Shown here one piece after another: positions 48,537 through 58,528 of a stretch of 64,000 bases of DNA. This stretch comes from Oligoflexia bacterium (GTDB lineage Bacteria > Bdellovibrionota > UBA1018), in the NCBI GenBank assembly GCA_023701205.1, contig JAMPXJ010000007.1:261-64260 (forward strand), given 5' to 3'. The first letter of the stretch is position 1. Every line of letters starts with the position of its first letter. The notes under the pieces are model-generated. The model did no database searches, was not told the origin of the DNA, and saw nothing but the letters and a program-made list of their open reading frames with translations. Position numbers and translations under genes: made by a program.

Positions 48537-49775
48537 ATGGATTCCCGCAGACCTTCCGCTTTCGCGATTCCCGACTTCCGGGTACTCGCCCAGGCTCGCT
48601 TCCTTTTCACCTTTTCCGTCCAGATCCAGGCGGTCGTGATGGGCTGGCAGATGTACGCGATCAGGAAGGACCCGCTGTATCTGGGCCTGATCGGCCTGTC
48701 CGAGGCGGTGCCGGCGCTGGCCTTGGCGCTGGTGTCCGGCTACATCGTGGACCGGAGCAGCCCTTTGAAGGTTTATCGCTGGGTCATGGCGCTGAGCCTG
48801 CTCTCCGCGGCGCTGCTGCTCGTGGTCTCGAGCGGCCTCCTGGGCAACGACCCCGGAGTCGCGGTGCAGGCCATCTTCGCGGCGGCGATCATCACGGGAA
48901 CGGCGCGCGGCTTCGCGGGACCGTCGATGACGGCGCTGGTCCCGCAGCTCGTGCCGCGCGAGATCCTGCACGTGAGCGCGGCGTGGATCACCTCGACCTT
49001 CCAGATCGCGGCCGTAACCGGCCCCGCGGCGGGCGGCCTGCTCTACTCCTGGAAAGGCGCCACCGCCCCCTACCTTCTCGAATGCTTCATGCTGCTTGCG
49101 GGCCAGCTCTGCCTTCTCCGCATCCGGCACCGGTGCCCGGTCAATCCCGCTCCCGCGACGGAGCCCGTCTGGGAGCGCCTGACCTCGGGGATCCGCTTCG
49201 TCTTCCGGCACGAGCTGCTGCTCGCCGCGCTCAGCCTCGACATGTTCGCGGTGCTCTTCGGCGGCGTCACCGCGCTGCTGCCGATCTTCGCGAGCGAGGT
49301 GCTGCGCATCGGTCCCGAGGGGCTGGGGCTGCTGCGCGCGTCGCCTTCGGCGGGGGCGCTCGTCATGAGCGCGGTGCTGATCCGCTTCCCCGTGTCGCGC
49401 GGCGCTGGGCGGCTGCTCCTGGGCGTGGTCACGGGCTTCGGGTTCTGCATGATCGGCTTCGCGCTGTCGCGATCGCTAGGGCTCTCGGTGTTCTTTCTGG
49501 CGTTGAGCGGCGCGCTCGACAGCGTGAGCATGGTGATCCGCGGGACGATCGTGCAGCTCTGCTCGCCCGCGGAGATGCGCGGGAGGATCGGGGCGGTGAA
49601 CTCGTTCTTCATCGGCTCCTCCAACGAGATCGGCGCGTTCGAATCGGGCGTCGCGGCGAAGCTTCTGGGAACGGTGCCCTCGGTGATCTTCGGGGGCTGC
49701 ATGACGCTGCTCACGGTGGCGATCGTGGCCTGGCGCGCGCCGCGGCTTCGGCGGGTGGATCTGGCGAAGCTTTGA
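48537..49775 (+). CDS. MFS transporter
   Basis: 12 TM helices; 412 aa. Confidence 0.75.
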   Translation: MDSRRPSAFAIPDFRVLAQARFLFTFSVQIQAVVMGWQMYAIRKDPLYLGLIGLSEAVPALALALVSGYIVDRSSPLKVYRWVMALSLLSAALLLVVSSGLLGNDPGVAVQAIFAAAIITGTARGFAGPSMTALVPQLVPREILHVSAAWITSTFQIAAVTGPAAGGLLYSWKGATAPYLLECFMLLAGQLCLLRIRHRCPVNPAPATEPVWERLTSGIRFVFRHELLLAALSLDMFAVLFGGVTALLPIFASEVLRIGPEGLGLLRASPSAGALVMSAVLIRFPVSRGAGRLLLGVVTGFGFCMIGFALSRSLGLSVFFLALSGALDSVSMVIRGTIVQLCSPAEMRGRIGAVNSFFIGSSNEIGAFESGVAAKLLGTVPSVIFGGCMTLLTVAIVAWRAPRLRRVDLAKL

Positions 49776-49803
49776 GCTGGAAATTGTGGTAGAAATACCT
49801 CTC

Positions 49804-50739
49804 ATGAAGATCGCCCGAAGCATCACGGACCTGATTGGCAACACTCCCCTTGTCCGGATCAACCGCCTGGCCCGGGGTTGTCCCGCGGAGTTGGTCGCGA
49901 AGCTCGAGTTTTTCAATCCCGCGCATAGCGTGAAGGACCGCATCGCGGTGGCGATGGTCGACGCGGCCGAGAAGGCGGGGCGCCTGGACCCCGAGTCGGT
50001 GATCGTCGAGCCCACGAGCGGGAACACGGGCATCGCGCTCGCCATGGTGTGCGCCGCGCGCGGCTACAAGTGCGTTTTCACGATGCCCGAGACGATGAGC
50101 AAGGAGCGTCGGATGCTGCTTCGCGCTTACGGCGCCGAGCTCGTGCTCACGCCCGGGTCCGAAGGAATGGCCGGCGCGATCAAGAGGGCCGAGGAGCTCG
50201 TGGCCTCGGATCCGAAGCATTATCTCATGCCTCAGCAGTTTGCCAATCCCGCGAATCCGGAGATCCATCGGCGGACGACGGCCGAGGAGATCTGGCGCGA
50301 TACGGAGGGCCGCGCCGACATCCTCGTTTCGGGAATCGGGACGGGGGGAACGATCACGGGCGTGGGCGAGGCGCTCAAAGAGCGCAAGCCTTCGTTCCGC
50401 TGCGTCGCGGTGGAGCCCGATGCTTCGCCCGTGCTTTCGGGCGGAGCCAAGGGGCCGCACCCGATCCAAGGGATCGGCGCCGGGTTCGTTCCGGCGGTTC
50501 TCAACACGAAAATCTATGACGAGATCATCCGCGTGAAGAGTGAGGATGCCTTCGTCACCGCGCGGCGGCTCGCGCGCGAGGAGGGGATTCTGGGCGGAAT
50601 CTCCTCGGGCGCGGCGATGTGGGCAGCGCTCGAGGTGGCCGGACGGCCCGAGAGCGTGGGGAAGCTGATCGTGGTCGTCATCCCTTCGTTCGGGGAGCGG
50701 TACCTTTCGACGGCGCTATTTGCTGATTTGGACGGGTGA
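49804..50739 (+). CDS. cysK: cysteine synthase A (O-acetylserine sulfhydrylase)
   Basis: [19 protein letters not shown]-lysine region NPAHSVKDR and [10 protein letters not shown]. The start was moved to MKIAR (the ORF track uses an upstream GTG). Confidence 0.9.
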   Translation: MKIARSITDLIGNTPLVRINRLARGCPAELVAKLEFFNPAHSVKDRIAVAMVDAAEKAGRLDPESVIVEPTSGNTGIALAMVCAARGYKCVFTMPETMSKERRMLLRAYGAELVLTPGSEGMAGAIKRAEELVASDPKHYLMPQQFANPANPEIHRRTTAEEIWRDTEGRADILVSGIGTGGTITGVGEALKERKPSFRCVAVEPDASPVLSGGAKGPHPIQGIGAGFVPAVLNTKIYDEIIRVKSEDAFVTARRLAREEGILGGISSGAAMWAALEVAGRPESVGKLIVVVIPSFGERYLSTALFADLDG

Positions 50740-50799
50740 GCGTTCCTCGGATCTCAGGATTTGCCTGGAGATTCGGAAGCAAGTAATATCTTTGGATAT

Positions 50800-51096
50800 A
50801 TGAACTTCGGCCGCTTCTTCCTGTGCTGGCTTGTGCTCTTGAATTCTCATTTCAGCTTGGGTGCCGATAACGGGTGCGCCCGAGAAGGCGAGAGTGCGGG
50901 AGGCAGCACCTTGTCGGCCTTGAAATGCTGTCCCGGTCTGCAAGCGACAAACCGATGGACCCAGGCGCACGCGAAGGAAGGTTGTGACATCCCGCCGCCA
51001 CCCGGTTCGGGAGGATCTTGCGTCAAGTGCGGGGATGGTAAATGTGACGTCAAGAATTTTGAGAATAGGTGTGATTGCCCGAAGGATTGCCGGTGA
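50800..51096 (+). CDS. small cysteine-rich secreted protein (10 Cys in about 77 mature residues)
   Basis: Signal peptide MNFGRFFLCWLVLLNSHFSLGA. The mature part has the Cys pattern C...CC...C...C..C...C...C.C...C. Its TGA overlaps the GTG of the next gene. Confidence 0.5.
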   Translation: MNFGRFFLCWLVLLNSHFSLGADNGCAREGESAGGSTLSALKCCPGLQATNRWTQAHAKEGCDIPPPPGSGGSCVKCGDGKCDVKNFENRCDCPKDCR

Positions 51097-52040
51097 AGAC
51101 GCGGTACGGGCTTCCTTTGATTATTTTCCTGGCCGCCACTGCGTTCGCCGCCGAGCAGCCTTATCAGGACCAGCGCGATGATTATCCGGACGTCGTTTCG
51201 GGCCATCCCCTCATCCAGCTTGATCTCAAAGCCGGAGCTCCCAAGGTGAGCTATCTGCGCTACGAGGAGGGCGGGGGATACACGCGCGACCGCTTCGAGG
51301 CGCGAACCGTGCCCGCCGGAAAAGAGCTCGGGATCCGGGGCTACTGGATTTCGAAAAGCCTGATCGACGCGTATCGGAAGAAGTTCGGAAAGGAAAAAGA
51401 CACCTTCTTCAAAGGCGTGGATGCGCCCGGCTACGAGGAGATCTTCCAGGTCTTCCGGCAGGGATCGGACGCGGCCTTCTCCGAAATGCTGGGACGGCTC
51501 ACGGAGCTTCGCAGAGCGCCCGAGTCGGAAGCCGAGGCGGCGCAGGTGCAAAGAATCCTGGATCCCAAGGGAAAGAAGGACATTTCCGAGTTTTTCGGGC
51601 AGCTCGCCTTCGGCACCGGGATGATCGAGGTCGAGGATCCTCACGCGACCGGAAAGGACGCTCGGCTTCGGCGCTTCATTCCGCTCTCGCTGCTCAAGTC
51701 CGGCCAGGTCTCGCTCGATCCGGCCCGTGCCCGGATTCAGATCCTGCAGTCCATCGTCGTGACGGTCTTGTCGGACTCGACGCAGTTTCTTCAGGATGCT
51801 TCTCCGATCGAGTCCCAGGCGGTCCGCCTGCTTTCGGATTTGGGCTGCCGATCCACTCCCTGCGGCACGAATGGAAGGGCGTTCGCGGAGGCCGCCGAGA
51901 TGGTGCTGAAGGTCGGCCTGGTCGATCACGCGACCCGTTTCGACATCCTGGATCCCAAATACGAGCAGAAGCTCGATCGGGCGGAGAGCGAGAAGCTCCG
52001 GCGAATCGTTTCGGAGCTGAAGCGGATCTGTTTTCCCTAG
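51093..52040 (+). CDS. hypothetical secreted protein co-transcribed with the Cys-rich peptide
   Basis: GTG(VKTRYGLPLIIFLAATAFA) gives a signal peptide. 316 aa, two late Cys, no recognisable domain. Confidence 0.45.
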   Translation: MKTRYGLPLIIFLAATAFAAEQPYQDQRDDYPDVVSGHPLIQLDLKAGAPKVSYLRYEEGGGYTRDRFEARTVPAGKELGIRGYWISKSLIDAYRKKFGKEKDTFFKGVDAPGYEEIFQVFRQGSDAAFSEMLGRLTELRRAPESEAEAAQVQRILDPKGKKDISEFFGQLAFGTGMIEVEDPHATGKDARLRRFIPLSLLKSGQVSLDPARARIQILQSIVVTVLSDSTQFLQDASPIESQAVRLLSDLGCRSTPCGTNGRAFAEAAEMVLKVGLVDHATRFDILDPKYEQKLDRAESEKLRRIVSELKRICFP

Positions 52041-52042
52041 CC

Positions 52043-53083
52043 TCAATCGGCGGAGATGAGCACCTTGAGCGCGCCTTCCCGCGCGGCGTTCTCGAACACG
52101 TCATAAGCCTTCATCACCTCATCGAGACGGAAGCGATGGGTGATGAGCTTTTCGGGATGCAGCTTTCCCGAGGCGATCGTCTTGAGGAGCAGCGGCGTCG
52201 TCTCGGTATCGACGAGCCTCGTCGTGATCGTGATGTTGCGGTCCCAGAGCTTCTCCAGGCGCAGCTCGGCGCTCTTGCCGTGCACGCCCACGTTGGCCAG
52301 GTGCCCGCCCGGCGCGAGGATGTTCTGGCAGAGGTCGAAGGTGGCGGGGATGCCCACGGCCTCGATCGCCACCTCGACCCCGCGATTGCCGGTAAGCTCC
52401 AGGACCTGCTTCGCGGCGTCATCCCGGCGGCTGTTCAGGATGTGCGTGGCGCCGAACTGCTTCGAGCGCTCCAGCCGCTTGTCGTCGACATCGATCATGA
52501 TGAGCTCCGCCGGAGCGTAGAACTGAGCCGTGAGAAGCGAAGCGAGCCCGATGGGACCGGCGCCGACGATCGCCACGGTGTCGCCGGGCTTGACCTTGCC
52601 GTTGAGTACGCCGCATTCGTAGCCCGTCGGAAGGATGTCGCTCAGCAGGACCAGGGCTTCCTCATCGACGCCCGCGGGCGCGCGGTAGAGACTCGTGTCG
52701 GCGAACGGGATCCGCACGAACTCCGCTTGGGTGCCGTCGATCCGGTTGCCCAGAATCCAGCCGCCGCGCTCGCAATGCGAATACATGGCCTTGCGGCATG
52801 CCTCGCAGCGCCCGTCCGAAGTGATGCAGGAGATCAGGACGCGATCGCCGGGCTTGAAGCTCGTGACGGCGTCGCCTACGGAGTCGATGACGCCGACACC
52901 CTCGTGGCCGAGGATCCGGCCCGGCGTGACGGTCGGGACGTCGCCCTTGAGGATGTGGAGGTCGGTCCCGCAGATCGTCGTTTTCGTGATCCGGACGACC
53001 GCATCGGTCGCCTCCTGGACGACAGGCTTGGGCTTCTCGATGAAAGCCCTCTTTCCGGGGCCCTCGAATGCGAGTGCGCGCAT
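52043..53083 (-). CDS. zinc-dependent alcohol dehydrogenase (MDR family)
   Basis: Catalytic-zinc region ICGTDLHI...GHEGVG, structural zinc CxxCxxC...C, and Rossmann motif GAGPIGL. The start is probably MRALAFEG. Confidence 0.85.
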   Translation of the reverse strand: MRALAFEGPGKRAFIEKPKPVVQEATDAVVRITKTTICGTDLHILKGDVPTVTPGRILGHEGVGVIDSVGDAVTSFKPGDRVLISCITSDGRCEACRKAMYSHCERGGWILGNRIDGTQAEFVRIPFADTSLYRAPAGVDEEALVLLSDILPTGYECGVLNGKVKPGDTVAIVGAGPIGLASLLTAQFYAPAELIMIDVDDKRLERSKQFGATHILNSRRDDAAKQVLELTGNRGVEVAIEAVGIPATFDLCQNILAPGGHLANVGVHGKSAELRLEKLWDRNITITTRLVDTETTPLLLKTIASGKLHPEKLITHRFRLDEVMKAYDVFENAAREGALKVLISAD

Positions 53084-53237
53084 GGTTTCGGCCGCCTGGG
53101 ATACGTCTCGCAGCTTTCTGGCTTGGGTGTTCATCCCCGCTTATCAAGCAAGAATCGGGCGCGAAGCGTCTGTTTCGCGCCGCTCCCACGGAATCAAGCT
53201 GCCCGGAGGCCGAAACTGAGGTAAGCATCTTTCAGCT

Positions 53238-53465
53238 ATGAAGAAACTCGCTACCGTCTTCTGGGGCCTCGTTGCCGTGATCGCGCTGGCGTTCGTCATG
53301 ACGATCGTCACGGCTGTCCAAAAGCGCAATGCCGAGAAGGCGATCGATGTCTCGGCGATCCCGACGCCGGCGATGCCCCAGGAACCCGGTCCTGGCGGCG
53401 TTCCCGCGCCGAAAGAGCCGCCTTCGATTCCGGTTCCGGCCGAGCCGGCGAAACCCGCGAAGTAA
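53238..53465 (+). CDS. small membrane-anchored Pro-rich protein, hypothetical
   Basis: 75 aa with a TM helix followed by a PxP-rich tail. It lies upstream of rsmH, where mraZ would normally sit. Confidence 0.35.
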   Translation: MKKLATVFWGLVAVIALAFVMTIVTAVQKRNAEKAIDVSAIPTPAMPQEPGPGGVPAPKEPPSIPVPAEPAKPAK

Positions 53466-53514
53466 TTTTCCCGGCGCCATTCAAAGACCGGAGATACCGG
53501 GTTAAACTTCCCGA

Positions 53515-54447
53515 ATGAGCTCCGTGCCGAGTTCCACCGTTCACGTGCCCATCCTGGTCGAGCCGATCGTGCGCGCGCTCGTCGAGCCGTATCAGCTTCT
53601 TCCCGAGGATGCGCCCGTGCATTGGCTCGTGGATTTCACCTTGGGCGGGGGAGGTCACACCGCGGCGCTGCTCGAGGCGCTTGCGAGTGCCCCGCGTACG
53701 GCGCGCCACAAGGTGCTGTCGCTGGATCAGGATCCCGAGGCGCTCGAGCGGGCGCGGATGCGCTTCGCGCGGGAGCTTGAGCAGGGGCGGCTGGAAATCG
53801 CGCGCCGGCGTTTTTCGGAGGCCGAGGATCTTCTCGAAGGCAGGCCCGTTCTCGGCATGATGGCCGACCTGGGTTTCTCGAGCGACCAGATGGATTCGGC
53901 GGAGCGCGGCCTGAGCTTTCAGTCCGAAGGCCCCTTGGACATGCGCCTGGATCCCACGCGCGGGCGGAGCTGCCGGGAATTTCTATCACAGGTGAGCGAG
54001 GACGAGCTTGGGCGGATTCTCCAGGACTACGGTGAAGAGCGGTTTGCGCGCCGCATTGCTTCGGCGATCATCCAGCGCCGGAGGGAGAAAAAGCTTCCGA
54101 CGACGACCCGGGAGCTCGCGGAGCTGATCGTGCGCGCGATCCCGGCCGGCGCGCGGCACGGCAGGATCCATGCGGCGACCCGGACCTTTCAGGCGCTGCG
54201 AATCGCGGTGAACGAGGAAATGAACGAGCTCGATTGCCTGCTCGGGCGTGCTATACTTTTCCTGAAGCCGGGGGGGAGAGCGGCGATCCTGAGCTTTCAT
54301 TCGCTGGAGGACCGGAAGGTGAAGCACGCTTTCCGGCAGGAGCCGTTCGAGCCCCTGACCAGGAAGCCCCTCGAGGCGGATGAGGCAGAAACGAGCCGGA
54401 ACCCCCGGGCCAGAAGCGCCAAGCTACGCATCGCGGAAAGACTATGA
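53515..54447 (+). CDS. rsmH: 16S rRNA (cytosine1402-N4)-methyltransferase
   Basis: VDFTLGGGGHT matches the MraW signature. This is the first gene of the dcw cluster. Confidence 0.9.
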   Translation: MSSVPSSTVHVPILVEPIVRALVEPYQLLPEDAPVHWLVDFTLGGGGHTAALLEALASAPRTARHKVLSLDQDPEALERARMRFARELEQGRLEIARRRFSEAEDLLEGRPVLGMMADLGFSSDQMDSAERGLSFQSEGPLDMRLDPTRGRSCREFLSQVSEDELGRILQDYGEERFARRIASAIIQRRREKKLPTTTRELAELIVRAIPAGARHGRIHAATRTFQALRIAVNEEMNELDCLLGRAILFLKPGGRAAILSFHSLEDRKVKHAFRQEPFEPLTRKPLEADEAETSRNPRARSAKLRIAERL

Positions 54448-54830
54448 AACGTTGGCTCCCTATCTGGACGATTCCCGTTTTGATCGTGATGGCGATCGGC
54501 ACCGTATGGCTTCGGCTCTCGATCGTGGGCACCACCTATTCGATCGCGCAGGCGGATCGGAAGATCCGGGAGCTTCAGCAGGAGCGTGAGCAGCTGGAGC
54601 TGAAAGTGACGGGCCTGCGCTCGCCGCGGAGACTCGAGCTTCTGGCCAAGACGCGCTTCGGGCTTTCGCAGCCCAGGTCCGAGCAGCTGATCCATATGCC
54701 GCAGGACGCGGCCACGCGCGCCGAACCCGCGCCGAAAGCCGCGACCCGGAGAACGGCGAAGCCGACAGCGTCGAAGACTCTGGTGAAATTCCCCGCGAAA
54801 TCCGCGCGCGGAGGCCGTAATGAGCGCTGA
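54444..54830 (+). CDS. ftsL: cell division protein FtsL-like
   Basis: Single TM helix followed by a coiled coil, REL-QQEREQLELKV, positioned between rsmH and ftsI. Confidence 0.55.
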   Translation: MKRWLPIWTIPVLIVMAIGTVWLRLSIVGTTYSIAQADRKIRELQQEREQLELKVTGLRSPRRLELLAKTRFGLSQPRSEQLIHMPQDAATRAEPAPKAATRRTAKPTASKTLVKFPAKSARGGRNER

Positions 54831-56967
54831 CGGCGCGAAGAGGCGGATCACCGCCGCGATGCTCCTGTGCCTGGGTCTCGGCGTTCTGGTGGCCACGCGC
54901 GCCGCCTTCCTCCAGCTCGGGCCCAATCCACGTCTCGAGCAGATGGCCAAGCGGCAGTTTCAGTCCAAGGTCCTCGTGCGCCCGCGCCGGGGCCCCATCC
55001 TGGATCGCAACGGCGAACCCCTGGTGGCCAACCGCGAGATCAGCAGCCTGGCCGCGAATCCCTCGAAGATCCGCAACCGGCGCACGCTCGCGCGCCTTCT
55101 GTCGAAGGCCACCGATTTGCCCTATTCCAAGCTCTTCCAGCGGCTGGGCGGCGGGCGCGAGAAGGAGAAGAAGGAACAGGCGCATTTCGTCTGGATCAAG
55201 CGCCACCTCGGCGAAAACGACCTCGGCCGCCTCAAACGCTGGGGGATCATCGACGCCGCGGGGGATATCGCCGACGGGCTGCTCCTGGTCAAGGAGAGCA
55301 AGCGGGTTTTCCCCCACAATGAGCTGGCGTCGCATGTCCTAGGCGACGTGAACATCGACTCCGAAGGCCTGGAGGGCGTGGAGCTCTGGATGAACGAGCG
55401 CCTCAAGGGCAAGGTGGTCTCCGTCGCCGCCATCAAGGACGCGCTCGGACGTCCCGCCTTCATCGATACGGTCGCCGCGCGCAACGTGCAGGAGGGGCGC
55501 GACGGCGAGCCGGTGACCCTCACGATCGATGCCTCGCTGCAGTTCGTGGTCGAAGAGGAGCTCCGCAACTCCGTGCGCAAGTCGAATGCGCGCGGAGGGA
55601 GCGTGATCGTCATGAACGCCGTGACGGGCGAGATCCTCGCGATGGCCAATCAGCCGGCCTATAACCCGAACGAGAAGGGTGCTTCGCCCGATCAGAAGCG
55701 CAATCGCGCGATCACCGACGGCTTCGAGCCGGGATCCACGATGAAAGCGATCCTGCTCGCCGGGGGCCTGGCGCACGGCATGAAGCTCTCCGACACGGTC
55801 TTCGGCGAGAACGGTCAGATGATCGTGCAGGGCAAGAGGATCTCCGAGGCCGAGGCGCACGAGAAGTTCAAGTGGATCAGCCTGAAGAAGATGATCCAGG
55901 TTTCGAGCAACGTGGGCGCCGCGAAGCTCGCGCTCAAGCTCGGGGCGGATCGTTACTACGCCACGCTTCAGAGCTTCGGCTTCGGCGCGAAGACCAATAC
56001 CGGCTTCCCTGGCGAGATCTCCGGCAAGGTGCCCCCGCGCAAGAGCTGGCAGCCGCTGAGCCTCGCCAACATCGGTTTCGGCCACGGCCTCCTGGTCACC
56101 CCGATCCAGATGGTCCGCGCCTACGCGGCTTTCCTCAATGGCGGCTGGCTCGTACAGCCCTCCCTGATCAAGGCGCCGCAGGGGAGCGTGTCCCCCGGCG
56201 CGCAAGCCGCCGGGCCCGTGCCCGAGAAGCCGCGCCGGATTCTGCCGGAGAAGGTCGCGCGGCAGGTGGTCGAGGCGCTCGAAAGCGTCACGCAGGAAGG
56301 CGGAACCGGGCTCAAGGCCGTGCTGCCCGGGTACCGTGTCGCGGGCAAGACCGGGACGGCGCAGAAGGTGGATCCCGCTACCGGCGGCTATTCCCGCGCG
56401 AAGTACGTCGCTTCCTTCATCGGCTTTCCTCTGGAAGTGGAGCCCAGGATCGTGATTTTCGCCTCGATCGACGAGCCTCATGGCCTCTACTACGCTTCCG
56501 AGACGGCGGCGCCGCTATTCCGCGAGGTGCTCAGCGCCGTGGCTAACCGCTTCAGTCTTCCGGCACGCAATGCGCCCCCACGCGTCCTCGCCGGGGCGGA
56601 CTCCATCGGGAAAGAGAAGCCTCTGGCCGCCCCCGTGGTCATGCCCGCCGAGATGCAGGTCGAGGATTCCGATTCGCTCTCGGTCGTCCAGGCCGCGCCC
56701 GAGCCCGCGGCCGCGGGGATCGACAAGCCGCCAGCGGACGAGGACGCCGGCGAGCTGCACTGGCAGGGTTCGGGACCGAACGGCCGCTTCCTCTGGAAGA
56801 TGCCATCGCTCCTGGGGCTCGCCCCGCGCGAGGCGATCCAGGTCCTGCAAGGGCACCACTTCCAGGTCGAGATCCAGGGCGTGGGGGTCGTGCGCTCGCA
56901 GTCTCCGGATGAGGGCAAGGTCGTTGCGGACGGGGACACCATTCGGCTAGTGTTGAACGAGCCATGA
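54820..56967 (+). CDS. ftsI: peptidoglycan D,D-transpeptidase FtsI (class B PBP) with a C-terminal PASTA domain
   Basis: The TP domain has the KTGT motif. The C-terminal about 65 aa, MPSLLGLAPREAIQVL...VVRSQSPDEGKVVADGDTIRLVL, fits the PASTA pattern. Confidence 0.85.
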   Translation: MSADGAKRRITAAMLLCLGLGVLVATRAAFLQLGPNPRLEQMAKRQFQSKVLVRPRRGPILDRNGEPLVANREISSLAANPSKIRNRRTLARLLSKATDLPYSKLFQRLGGGREKEKKEQAHFVWIKRHLGENDLGRLKRWGIIDAAGDIADGLLLVKESKRVFPHNELASHVLGDVNIDSEGLEGVELWMNERLKGKVVSVAAIKDALGRPAFIDTVAARNVQEGRDGEPVTLTIDASLQFVVEEELRNSVRKSNARGGSVIVMNAVTGEILAMANQPAYNPNEKGASPDQKRNRAITDGFEPGSTMKAILLAGGLAHGMKLSDTVFGENGQMIVQGKRISEAEAHEKFKWISLKKMIQVSSNVGAAKLALKLGADRYYATLQSFGFGAKTNTGFPGEISGKVPPRKSWQPLSLANIGFGHGLLVTPIQMVRAYAAFLNGGWLVQPSLIKAPQGSVSPGAQAAGPVPEKPRRILPEKVARQVVEALESVTQEGGTGLKAVLPGYRVAGKTGTAQKVDPATGGYSRAKYVASFIGFPLEVEPRIVIFASIDEPHGLYYASETAAPLFREVLSAVANRFSLPARNAPPRVLAGADSIGKEKPLAAPVVMPAEMQVEDSDSLSVVQAAPEPAAAGIDKPPADEDAGELHWQGSGPNGRFLWKMPSLLGLAPREAIQVLQGHHFQVEIQGVGVVRSQSPDEGKVVADGDTIRLVLNEP

Positions 56968-58496
56968 AAACGCTTCTGGAGCTGCTGGAAGGATTTCCCC
57001 CCGAAAACCAGGCCGCGGCGGGTGATCACCCGCGCGTCCGCCATCTCACGTCAGACTCGCGCGAGGTGCGGGCGGGGACGGTCTTCGTCGCGATCCGCGG
57101 CGGGAGCCGGGATGGCCATCTCTTCATCGAGGCCGCCCGCGACGCCGGCGCGGTTGCCGTCGTCGGGGAGCTGGCGCTGCCGGAGGAGCGCCTTCGAGCG
57201 CTCGGCCTTCCTTATGTCCAGGTGCGTGACGGGCGCGAGGCCCTGGCCCGCTTGGCCGCGAACTTTTACGGCCATCCTTCGCGCTCGATGCTCGTGATCG
57301 GCGTCACCGGAACGAGCGGGAAGACGACCACCACCTATCTTCTCGAGTCGATCTTGAGGAGCGCGGGACATCGCGTGGGCGTCATCGGCACGGTGAACTT
57401 CCGTTACGACGACCGGATCCTCGAGTCGACCCACACGACACCGGGCTCGGTCGAGCTGCAGCGGCTGCTGGCGGAAATGAAGGAAGGCCTTTGCACCGCG
57501 GTCGTGATGGAGGTCTCCTCCCATGCCCTCAAGCAGCACCGGACGGCCTGCATCGCTTTTGACGGGATGGTCTTCACCAATCTCACGCCCGAGCACCTCG
57601 ATTACCATCCCGACATGGAAGACTACTACCGCTCGAAGGCCCTGCTTTTCACGGACATGGTTGAGTCGTCCATCGCCGCGGGCAAGCGCCCCTTCGCCGC
57701 CATCAATGCCGACGACGAGTATGGCCGGAGACTCCTGGGCGAGCTTCGGCAGGCACGGCGGCCGGAGCTCGGCTTCGCCTCGTTCGGGCTCGCTCCCGGC
57801 TTGCACGAGGTGCCGGCCCTGGATGTCTCGGGCGAGGGCCTGTGCATCGGCCTGGACGGGATTCGGGGCCGGGTGGCGGGCTCTTTTCTAAATACGGAAC
57901 TCAGCTCGAAGCTCACGGGACGCTTCAACGCCTCCAATCTGCTGGGTGCGCTCACGGTGGCGGGCGGCCTGAAGGTGGACCCTGCGATGATCGCCGGGGG
58001 GATCTCCTCGCTGGAGCTCGTGCCCGGGCGCCTGCAGCGGGTTCCCAACGCACGCGGAATCCATGTGCTCGTCGACTATGCGCATAAGCCCGATGCATTG
58101 GAGAAGGTCCTGAGGACTCTCGGGGAGGTGCGGGGGTCGCAGCGCCTGATCACGGTGTTTGGCTGTGGCGGCGATCGTGATCGCAAGAAGCGACCGGTCA
58201 TGGGCCGGCTGGCGACCGAGCTTTCAGACTGCGTGATCGTCACCTCGGACAATCCCAGGACCGAAGACCCCCTTTCGATTATCGAGGAGATCCGGCTAGG
58301 AATCGCTTCGGATTGTTCCAACTGCCAGGTGGAACCGGACCGGAGAAAGGCGATCCATGCCGCCATCGCGCTGGCGCGCCCGGGCGACGTGGTCCTGATC
58401 GCTGGCAAGGGCCATGAGGACTACCAGATCATCGGAACCCGGAAAATCCACTTCGATGACCGTGAAGTCGCCTTGGAAGCTCTCCAAGCGCCTTGA
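56964..58496 (+). CDS. murE: UDP-N-acetylmuramoyl-L-alanyl-D-glutamate--2,6-diaminopimelate ligase
   Basis: Mur ligase motifs GVTGTSGKTTTT and a DNPR-type segment VTSDNPRTEDP. 510 aa. Confidence 0.9.
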   Translation: MKTLLELLEGFPPENQAAAGDHPRVRHLTSDSREVRAGTVFVAIRGGSRDGHLFIEAARDAGAVAVVGELALPEERLRALGLPYVQVRDGREALARLAANFYGHPSRSMLVIGVTGTSGKTTTTYLLESILRSAGHRVGVIGTVNFRYDDRILESTHTTPGSVELQRLLAEMKEGLCTAVVMEVSSHALKQHRTACIAFDGMVFTNLTPEHLDYHPDMEDYYRSKALLFTDMVESSIAAGKRPFAAINADDEYGRRLLGELRQARRPELGFASFGLAPGLHEVPALDVSGEGLCIGLDGIRGRVAGSFLNTELSSKLTGRFNASNLLGALTVAGGLKVDPAMIAGGISSLELVPGRLQRVPNARGIHVLVDYAHKPDALEKVLRTLGEVRGSQRLITVFGCGGDRDRKKRPVMGRLATELSDCVIVTSDNPRTEDPLSIIEEIRLGIASDCSNCQVEPDRRKAIHAAIALARPGDVVLIAGKGHEDYQIIGTRKIHFDDREVALEALQAP

Positions 58497-58528
58497 CACG
58501 GGGTTTTGAAAATTTGTAGCATCCCGTC

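Noticed and set aside
55339-56481. Antisense ORFs inside ftsI (55339..56481 -), murD (59573..60844 -), the HK gene (47216..48394 -), the MFS gene (48189..49211 -) and the radical SAM gene (26185..26901 -)
   Set aside because: Same reasoning: each sits inside a confidently assigned gene and has a low-complexity translation.
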